DNA of 63,653 nucleotides, counting the filler, from Kipferlia bialata (taxonomy: Eukaryota), in the NCBI GenBank assembly GCA_003568945.1. It is 8 parts of 8 records of this genome, joined end to end, with 100 filler letters (N's around TTAATTAATTAA, not from the genome) between each part and the next. Parts side by side here need not be neighbours in the genome. Positions count along the whole stretch, not along the records: positions 25,899 to 36,065 come from BDIP01001482.1; positions 36,166 to 46,329 come from BDIP01001483.1; 6 more parts are not named here. One strand, 5' to 3'. Below, one piece after another: positions 25,993 through 36,314 of this stretch. Under the pieces are notes generated by a model, which searched no databases, was not told the origin of the DNA, and worked only from the letters and a program-made list of their open reading frames with translations. The translations under genes and the position numbers were made by a program. Each line of letters begins with the position of its first letter. Position 1 is the first letter of the stretch.

Positions 25993-26416
25993 CTTGAGAG
26001 GTGCCAGGTCTGAGCATATTGTGTTCAGCATGGGGTGCATGATGGCAGCTGTGCCACACAGGGCCCTAGAGTTAGATACAGGTATAAACTTATAGAGAGA
26101 GAGGCGGAGAGAGAGAGAGAGAGAGAGAGGTATGGCATGATGGCAGCTGTGCCACAGAGGGCTCTGGTATAATACATACGCAAAGAGAGAGAGAGAGAGA
26201 GATATATAGGGTCTAAGTACCTCCAGAAGAGCAGTGCCCAGTATGTCTCTGCCCTGCCCATGAAGAAGTGGCCTGGGTGAGGGATATGTGTATAGCCTAT
26301 ACAGACTGTATATGTAAGATATAACTACAATACAGACACAATGTATGATCTAGCTGAGTAATTATGATTGTCTGCCCTGCCCATGAAGAAGTGGCCTGGG
26401 TTAGACACATATAGGA

Positions 26417-26447
<31 letters not shown>

Positions 26448-28685
26448 GGAATATATATATAATACTATGGGAAGAGTATACACGAGTATGTGTCTCTACG
26501 ACAGCAAGTGGAGTAATCAACACCAAACACACAGGAGTGCATGATTAGGACGCCCGTACCTACTCCGTATATGGCAAAGGCAGCAGTCATGCACCAGCGA
26601 CGCCCAATCTTCTCAGAGAGCCTGATGATGAGTATACTGAGTACAGTATAAAACAAGTAAATGTGGAGTCCTATTGCATCATCCATAAGTACCGATTGTA
26701 TCAATGACTATAATAGGGTCGTGCAGAGAGAGAGAGATCTATACACCCACCTGTGCCAGAGGGGACATGCGATGAACTGGACCATGTTGAAGATACCCTG
26801 GGGTGAGGGTCTTTCACTTCACTATATAGAGAGATGCTAGCATACTGTACATACAATATAGTAAGGGAGAGTATCGTCACACATGTTGAAGCTGCTCTGA
26901 GGTCAAAAGAAGCAATTCACGTCAGGAGAGAATAGCTAGAGAACGCGCATGATGCGCTATCCCACTGCACGGTACCTTCATGAGTGTGAACCTTGACCCT
27001 GACTTTGTGCCCTGGCCAACAGCAACAAGGAGCTTGGTGACCTGGGGGAAGGGGAGATACATAGACAGAGAGATAGAATACAGAATAGGATAGAAGTACT
27101 CTACATAGCCACCAGGAGATAGGTGACCTGGGGGGGAGACATAGTAATATAGAATAATGTATATATTTATAGTGGGTTGGGCTACAGCCACCAGGAGGGA
27201 GGGAAGTATATGGAGAAGAGAGAGAGACAGATACATGGAGTAATCTTTCCCTATGATGGAGAATGAGAGATTGCCATACCTGTGCAGAGAGGCCGACATA
27301 GACCATCATGAGAGCAGCACACCTAAATGTAAGACAGGGAGGGAGGGAGAGAGAGAGAGAGAGAGAAAGTAATTACCATAATGGAAGCACTCTTGAATAG
27401 GAGGAGACAGCAGGTAGAGACAGAGGTTGGTCTATACTTACCCGAAGAAGGTGGTGATCCAAATGAGCAGGAAGCCTGAGGACACGATACCCTGTCTGGG
27501 GTAAGGAGGTAGAGAGTGGGAGGGAGAGGGAGATGGAGAGAGAGAGCACCTGGCAGAGAGCTCCTCTGTGATGTTACGGACACCCAGGGCAGAGTCACCA
27601 AGGAGGTCGATGACTAGCTGTGGTTAGACTAGGAGTGGGGAGAGAGAGGGGGAGAGAGAGAGAGAGAATATGCACCAAGGGCAGAGTCACCCAGGAGGTC
27701 GATGACAAGCTACAGGTTAGAAGAGAGGAGTTAGTGGGGTACGAAGCAGATATATATATATATATAGAGAGAGAGAGAATAGGCACCCAGGGCAGAGTCA
27801 CTGAGGAGGTCGATGACTAGCTAAGGTCAGACTAGAAGTGGGGAGGGAAGTAAGAGAGAGGGAGAGAGAGAGTACCTTCATCTCGTCTGCTGATGCCTCC
27901 CTCAGGTACTCCTCGGCATTGAGATCAAGGGAGGGGACTAGGTCAGGGAAGGCCTCCTGGAGATGAGAGAGGGAAGCAGATCCGACGACACAGCTAGGGG
28001 GAGGGGGAGGGGGAGAGAGACACGCAACCACGAAGACCAAAAGTTTGTGTGACAGTAGGGTGGAAGGCAGAGGCTATGATACCTGGAACCCAGCGAATGA
28101 TGCCACTAGGAACTGCATGACATGTGATACAGAGGCATTGTCCTGAAGGAGGGCAGAGGTGGTGCCATCTGTGTCAATGTCAAAGCCCTAGTGTCAGGAG
28201 AGAAAGAAGAGCATGGAACATGGAAAGAGGTAGATACTTAAATCCAAACTGATCACTAAACGAGGAAGAGCAAATAGGAAAGAGAAGGATATCTACAGAA
28301 CAAGACATAGGTATCGGGTGGATCTCCATACAGCTACTGTAGTGTATGGAACATGAGCGTCAGATATGACAATCATTTCCCTGCACCGATTGCAGATATG
28401 ATTGTAGATATATACCCTCACCTGCTGCCCCACATACTGGACATACTGGTCAAATGCATCAGCGGCAGTGTCCTGGGCGTCTGTGTCTACGAGGGAGAGC
28501 ACAAACTGGGATAGGATAGAAGAGCCTTTGAGTGACTCCCAGAGGGTGAGTGTGGTGCACTCTGAGGAACACGCTCTTGAGTGGGATGGGACAGCAGCAG
28601 ACAGGAAGGCAGCAGCACGGCGCGTGTTTCTGATGCATGCCTGGCCAGAGGCGCTCAGGGAGAGCGACGATGACTCAGGAGCCAT
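25993..28685 (-). CDS. Major facilitator superfamily transporter with a soluble N-terminal extension, 3' end in the gap
   Basis: GIFNMVQFIACPLWH-RLSEKIGRRWCM (MFS motif A) and LLFWR-ALCGTAAIMHPMLNTICSDLAP (motif B region). Confidence 0.7.
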
Positions 28686-29035
28686 GGTAGATATACTGAA
28701 AGAGCGTCAGTGTGGGAGACTTCAGACGACTAGATTTACTTCAGACGTCTCGTCCCAATTCATCAAACGTGTTGCAATACGCGCTTTATTATACATGTCG
28801 TGACACTCAATGAGACCGTCTCCAATGCGATACCACTCTAAGCTGAGAGCTGAGAGAAATACTGACATGTACTCACAGTAATACAGAGGGGTAGATCCGA
28901 ACACAGAGAGACAGTGGTATCAGGCGCCATCAAAAAGCTGAACCCCGTGAAACAAAGAACTACCCGACGCCTCCTCAGTCTCTGATAGAGAGTCATCTCT
29001 CACTCTCCTATTGACATAGTACAGAGACAGTCTCT

Positions 29036-32000
29036 CTACTTCTTTGTGACCCCTAGGCCTGCCTCCTCCGACAGCAGCACACTCCCACACCCTGCACCCA
29101 GACCGGCCTCGCTGCCCCACTGCCAGCCACCTATTATAAGGGGCTAGAGGGAGAGAGAGGGAAAGAGAGAGAGATAGACAGAGAGTGGAATGGGCATACC
29201 TGAGAACTTGTCACTGCCTGGACATAGGTATAGGGGTATATATGAAGATAGAGGGAGAGATAGTCCGGTGTGTGTGTATACATATGTGAGTAGTGATGTA
29301 TACATATTATATATACATTAGATAACTATCATTCTGTACCTGAGAACTTGTCACTGTCTGGTGTCACCAGGAGTGCACCGTCTAGGTCACCACCAAGGGT
29401 GGCAGCCTGGGGGTAAAGACTAAGGAAGAGAGGGAGAGAGAGGGAGAAAGAGAGTCTGGGACAGTGGTAGCCTAGAGCATAGCACTATAGGCTGTGACAC
29501 CCAGAAGGTACATGTATATATATCATGTGTACTGTAGGGTGTACCCTACCTTGAGGATGACCACGGATGCATTACCACGCATCTATACACAGTCACACTA
29601 TATGCTATATACAACATGTGTACTAGAAGTGTACCTTGAGGATGACGACCGATGCATTGACACCCAGGGTGGACACAACCATGATGCCTGGGGTGGGGGG
29701 ATATGGGTATTGATATACATACATATAAATACTACTGATGGAATTGAATGACTGGGAGTGGAGACATAGAGACATACTACTGTCTCGCTTGTCAATCATC
29801 TAGGAGTGCTGTAGTGAACATACCAGCCCACACATCGAGTCCTGCCTGCTTGGCAGTCTGGGCAGCAAGGAGGCCTGGGGGTGGGGATATAGCATATACA
29901 CAGTAGACATACAGATAATAGAATAGCATGTAGCAAGGAGGCCTGGGGGTGAGGATATATCAGATAGATAGGGGGAGAGTTCACAATGGTTACGCACCCT
30001 GTCTGACCCCTCCAGCCTTCTCCAGCTTGATGTTGACAGTAACAATAGTACTATTCTATTATATACATACTCATACTGAATATAGTTCACGATTAATACT
30101 ACTTACCCTGCCTGACCCCCCCGACCTTCTCCAGCTTGATGTTGACAGCAGATGCTACCCTATTATAGCTACTATAGTATACTTCAGCAGTATAAGCTGC
30201 AGTCAATAGCCCACATACCCTGTCTAACCCCCCCGACCTTCTCCAGCTTGATGTTGACAGCTGATGCTACCTTGGATGCACTCTGACAGTTGGCAACGGG
30301 GTCCCTGAGGTTAGAACGTAGAGAGACTTCTGAAGAGATAGGATAACCCCTAGCGTCTCTGTACACTATTAGTTCGAAAATAGGGTCCCTATGGTGTTAG
30401 TGCAATATACAATTCAAGCGATAGGATAGAACGTGGAGGGCGTCTGGGCTGTATACTATTAGTTGACAATGGGGTCCCTGGGGGGTGAGGAAGACAGGGA
30501 GCGAAATGAGTGTATTGAGAGATGAAAGGGAACTTTGAAGGAAGGGCCAATGGCAGCCTGGATCGAATGTACACATTATCAATAAACTATGTCGACCTGC
30601 CGTGGAATGACTCATCGCTGAGTGTCACGACACCTCTCTCCTTGGCAGCGTCCTTGAAGGCAGACCAGGACTGGGGTAGGTGTACTATGTACAATACTAT
30701 GTATATAGTAGACTATATACTGTAGTATATATAGTAGTGATATTGCCATTGTGCATGCAAGGCAGACCAGGACTGGGGTGAGTGTTCTGAGTATCACTGA
30801 GGAAGTAGAGAACTAACAGGTTATGGGAGTGATATACCTCGACATCGGCGTTCTTCACCTCCACTGGGAATGGCTGCTCCAGTGTATATTCCATATATAT
30901 AATCCATATATATACACTATAATCACAAATGCTAAGATATACAAGGTGTGTTATACCTCTATGTCTCCATCCTCCACCTCCACTGGGAATGGCTGCTCCA
31001 GGATGGTCAAGTCAAGGGAGGCAGCCTGGCACTGGTCGAGTAGGAGGCTTGGTTAGAGAGAGAGAGAGAGAGAGAGAGAGAGGCAGACCGGCACTGGTCA
31101 AGGAGGAGGCTGAGGTAAGACACACATATATATAGAGAGAGACAGAGAGGCAGACCGGCACTGGTCGAGTAGTTGGCTTGGTTAGAGAGAGATAGAGAGA
31201 GAGCGGTAGTGAGACGACACACCAAATATAGTGAGGTTATGTGGAGAGAGGGAGAGGGAGAGAGAGACAGAGACTGCGTGTACCTTGCACTCTCTGGTGT
31301 GTGTGAGCAGTTGGCATCGATGGCCACGTGCTTAAGGCCTGGGTCAGAGATGTAAGAAATGTATCACATGTATAGATATTCCATACCTCTGGCTGCGAGT
31401 CATATATCTATATATACTACTGATCATATAGTAGATGATGTACCTCTGGCCGCGAGTGCCTCCACTGCGGATGCTGTCTGGGAGGCATCAGAGCCAACCT
31501 AGGGTCAGGTACAGTCATGGTCTATAATATATATATATACATTCAGAGACAGGTATATATATAATATACACTGTATATATACACTGTAACTACATACCTT
31601 CAGCTCAATAGCAGATGTCTTGGACAGTCCAAAGTCTAATGCAACCTTGGTATATATACTGCATTCTTACCATACAGTATACATATGTGTATACACTATT
31701 CACTATATATACCCACTCTAAGTATGTACCTTCAGCTTGATAGCCGATGTCTTGGACAGGCCAAAGTCCAGGGCAACCTTGGTCTCATCGGGGGAGCCAA
31801 CGCCTAGGAGTGAGAGAGAGAGAGAAATATTGCAGCACAACTCATCGGGGGAGCCAACACCTAGGGGTCAGAGAAAGAGAGAGAGAATGGAGGGTCGGGA
31901 AATGTGTGGCGTCCACCAGAGGTTAGAGATAAGTACGTTGATGCAGTAAACAAGGTCTCATAATAGTATATGAGAGTGCCCAACACACTCCGTAGTAGCA

Positions 32001-33569
32001 GTAGTACTAACATGTAGTATCATATGAGATAGACAGCCGCACCCACTGTGTAGTAGCTCCTGAGTGACTGCTCCCTCTCCTCTGTGGAAGGGGTCAGGTG
32101 GTGCAGGGGGGTCTGGGGTAATCAATGATAATAGATATATGGTATATAGTAGTAAACATTAACTGATACACTAAATATAGGGGTCAGGTGGTGCAGGGGG
32201 GTCTGGGGTGATATACTAAGAGGTATAATGCTAATAATATACAGATAAATACCTTAGTCAGCCTGCCCCACACATCCAGGGCAGCCATGAATATAGTATA
32301 TACTAATCATATACATGGCACTATGTCTACTGATAAATGTACCTTAGTCAGCCTGCCCCACACATCCAGGGCAGCCATCTCCCAGCAGGCAGCACCTGGT
32401 GTCAGTATCGGATGTATTATCCATTTCTATACGTAAATACTCCCCACTATGTAACCTGCTGCCTTGACACCGTATGGAGAGATATATCTTGCAAATCATT
32501 GTATTTAATACTATACATGTACATGAGTATATGTACCTGCTGGTGCTGCCTTGGCACTGCACGGGGCAGGGGAGGAGAGGGCAGCATCGATGGCCTGGGG
32601 TGGGGGAGATACAGACAGAGAGAGAGAGAGAGAGGGAGAGAGAGAGAGAGAATGCAGCATCGATGGCCTGGGGTGGGAGGTAATAGATACACACACAGAG
32701 AAAGAGAGGTAGTTGGCCTACCTTGAAGACCTCCGACAGTGCCAGCAGCTTGGACAGGTTGTCGGTGGGGGAGTCCTGGGGGGTTAGACATCACAAGCAT
32801 AAAGCAGGTACATATATATTGATGTGCAAGAATTACTATGCCCTGTCGGTGGGGGAGTCCATGGGGGTTAGACAGCTGATGAAGAAGATAGTCATAGCTG
32901 GAGTTGTTGGTAGTCATAGCTAGACGGATGTATGTACTCTCACAGTAATCGTTGCAAAGTGTTCAGAAATACACTCTGGTGGTATATTCACTGGTATACT
33001 GTACACCCACCTGCACTGGGAACAATGGCATCAACATAAGAATATGAGTATACGAGAACTTACATATATATATACATATATATATACACACTCTGATATA
33101 CCTGCACTGGGAAGAATGGCTTTGCAATGGCATCACCATAGGGTGCAAAGGGGTCATAGACCTGATGGGTCAGTATAAGTGTCAGTATCAGTAGGCTGTG
33201 GTATATACTATATACTATATACCGTATATAGTGATACTGATGCATAGTATGGTGGATACCGGTTCGGATACTGATCGCCATATGCCGCAAATGGGTCACA
33301 CTTGAATATCAAAATAGTATCAGTGTTAGTATCACTATTAATACAAATGGGTCAGACCTCCGTCATGGGGGCCATGTCATCCTCTCCCTCTGTCTCTCCC
33401 TCTGCCTCTGCCTCTGCCTCTGTCTCAGGTGTGGGTATCAGCTTGTTCTGCACTGCCTCTGTGAACTGGGTGACAGTGTCAAAGGTGGCATTGTAGACAC
33501 CTAAGGTAAGAGAGAGAAAGAGAGAGAGAGAGGACAGTGTCAAAGGTGGCATTATAGACACCTAGTATA

Positions 33570-33605
<36 letters not shown>

Positions 33606-34192
33606 GACTCCCAACCTGGTCTGAGTGGTGGTAGGCCTGCCTCTCCATACCCAGTCACAGACACCCCGTCAGAGGTGAGGGTCAGGGTGGTGAGGGCATT
33701 GGTGCGGAAGGTGGACCTGGGGTGAGAGGGAGGAACAGGCACATATACATAATGATACATGACATGGATTCCATGATGGAAGACCAAACAGAGGCAAAGG
33801 GGGGGGGGGGGGATATGACAGATGACATGACTCTAACGTGTGCTGGCACCTGGTATGTATGCTAAAGAAGAGAGACTGATGACAGATCACCCAAGTCAAA
33901 CAGTCTCAATAACGGTACCGGTACCGGTACCAAATGCTCAACTCCCTCTGTACCCATCCCACACACCCACTATCATGTACCCATACACACAAGGGCACTA
34001 CATCACAGTAATCCCCTATCTAGGGAAGCATTGATCACTACAAACTAGTTCAGACTCGTAGTACCTTGAGTGGGCAGTCTCGAAGGGAATTCTCAGGGCC
34101 AGCCTATACTCATGTAGACTGCATGTAACCTCCACAGGAGCCCCAAAGGAGGTGATTGTGGTGCTAAACTGGGTCACAGCGGAATCAGACAT
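29036..34192 (-). CDS. Dipeptide epimerase (L-Ala-D/L-Glu epimerase-like, enolase superfamily), many exons
   Basis: LRIPFETAHS, GYGEAGLPP, EMAALDVWGR, IKLK-VG (KxK), IDAN, LEQPF, SDESF, VNIKLEKVGG, GIMVVS, DLDG (DxD) and GLGVTKK*; all catalytic and metal-binding motifs occur in order. Confidence 0.85.
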
Positions 34193-34423
34193 GGTACTCA
34201 ACGCCTTGAAGCGCTGACGGAGGTACCTAGTCAGCTCACTAAACCCTTATGGTTCCAAAAACATATCGGTGCAGAATAGGGGTACAGTGTTTTTGCATTG
34301 ATTTTTGAATTATGAGGGTTTGTAAATGAATGGCTGAGGATTCACAGGGGTGCCGCAGGAAACACTTTAAGGAGTCGGTGTGGTGGCCTACTCTCTACAC
34401 TATCATTGAACACAGTCACCAAA

Positions 34424-34925
34424 ATGAAGATTGACGTTCAATACGCACCTTGTTGAGGCGGTGAGTGGTTTGTATTAGTACTCTTTGAGTGACACACTGA
34501 TATATGTATGTCACTAAGATAGGTTCAATTGTCTATACTCTGTCCGTTGCAGCCTCTCACCCCAGCGCACGGGTACGTCAGATACCTCCAGATGGCCATT
34601 GAGAAGACCTTCCCCGGTGCCGAGTTCAACGTCACCAGGGCTAGGGCTTACGGCGCATTTGAGGTACACTACTTCATACACTATCTGTATCCCCCAACCA
34701 CTTTCTCCTTCATGCTCCCTGCTATTTCTCTGCCTCCTCACTCTCCAGGTGTTTGCTGACGGTACCCGTGTTCACAGCAAGCTCGAGTCAAGGAGATACC
34801 CTGACCCCGCTGAGGTGAGACATATACACTGCAACTTGTCTCTCTCTCTCTCTCTTCTATGTATACTATGTGTATACGTTCCTAACCCCCAGGTCATCAG
34901 CACCATCCAGGGACTGAACAAGTAA
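34424..34925 (+). CDS. Rdx-family (SelW-like) selenoprotein, 77 aa; exons 34424-34460, 34566-34663, 34749-34814, 34893-34925; UGA (Sec) at 34454-34456
   Basis: MKIDVQYAPC(U)GAHGYVRYLQMAIEKTFPGAEFNVTRARAYGAFEVFADGTRVHSKLESRRYPDPAEVISTIQGLNK*; GAFEV, HSK and YP motifs of the Rdx family, TGA at the Sec position, SECIS-like hairpin downstream. Confidence 0.85.
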
Positions 34926-34996
34926 CTGGGGTGCTATGCCTCTTGGGTCCATGACCCGGCTCTACTACTATACCTAGTGCCGGGTAATGTCTCCCA

Positions 34997-35078
34997 GTGA
35001 CACCCCCTGACATGACGCTGACAGGGGCACTCTAACCCATAGATGGGCAGTGCCTCTCGAGTCACACACAGGTGTCAC
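34997..35078 (+). promoter_or_regulatory. Putative eukaryotic SECIS element (type II-like) in the selenoprotein 3' UTR
   Basis: Basal helix GTGACACC/GGTGTCAC; core TGAC(35019-22)/CGAG(35058-61); helix II AGGGGCACT/AGTGCCTCT; unpaired AA at 35034-35; apical mini-stem CCCA/TGGG. Confidence 0.8.
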
Positions 35079-36165
35079 ATCGATAGAAATAGATGTACCA
35101 TATTCAGTCTGTCTTGTCGTATTGTGTCAGCACATTATGGTCCATCACTAAAGTGCAGTGTCTATACCATACACTATTGTCTATACGTAACGAATCATAA
35201 TCAACACTGGTTTAGAAATCTATTACTGTTGGTGTAGTGAAGTAGCCCTCTCGTATCCAGTCTTCGAGCGTGAAGAGGAGACACATCAGGAGAGAGCGAT
35301 AGGAAAACACGTGGTGGTATATGTCGTGAGCCACTCAGATGCAAAGGGACAGGCACCATATCATGTATAGATAGTCTTCCTAGTCGAAGAGGGGCACGAG
35401 CATCATGGTACCGAGGGGGTAGGCGCACTCAACGGTGAGGTTGGAGCTGGGGTCAGAGGGTACAACTACTATATACATGTTCGAATAGATATGAATGTAT
35501 GTGTGTATGTATGTGTACCTCTGCTGCTCAGATGTGTTGTCGCGGGTGTTCATTGGTATTGTTGAAAAGTACTCTTGTACAGGGTTGGTAGAGAGTGAGG
35601 GGTCCCTGGGCCTCCTTGTGAGTGACTGCGGTCATCACTGGAGACATGCCATCTTGAATGTAACTCGCAAAGAGGGGGGAGGTATCTCTGGCACATCCAC
35701 TCTCTCTGTCTCAAAGAGATGGCCTCTTAGTATGAGGTTGTTATAGGTGGTGACACTGTATAGAAATGACATTGTTCTGTGTCAACAGTCGATGTGTCAC
35801 GAGAGTGTTGTATGAGATTGTGTGAGTTAGTGCAGATGGAGCATGCTGTTACAATGAGTGGCAGTACCCGATACAATGGCCAATCAGCCTTGGGATAAGT
35901 AGCCTGATACATGCTCTGTCTATTGAAAATGGGATACTTCCTAACACACACTCTAAGCATGTAGCTATTGTGAGCCTGGACCACAAAAGGGATTCTACCA
36001 TTGACCTCTTTCACTCCTGCACATCGCACTTCTTGACCATCATGCCCACCTGCGACTCCTCTCCCNNNNNNNNNNNNNNNNNNNNNNNNNNNNNNNNNNN
36101 NNNNNNNNNTTAATTAATTAANNNNNNNNNNNNNNNNNNNNNNNNNNNNNNNNNNNNNNNNNNNN

Positions 36166-36217
<52 letters not shown>

Positions 36218-36218
<1 letters not shown>

Positions 36219-36278
36219 CATCCATCATGTCCTGGGCCTGGGGTAAGGGTATATACATATGTATATACACACACATAC

Positions 36279-36314
<36 letters not shown>

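Noticed and set aside
35379..35652. Minus-strand ATG GCA TGT CTC CAG TGA TGA (MACLQ**), resembling a CxxU motif next to the selenoprotein gene
   Set aside because: Two consecutive TGAs, no recognisable domain after them and no SECIS seen on that strand; probably chance or part of another gene's 3' region.
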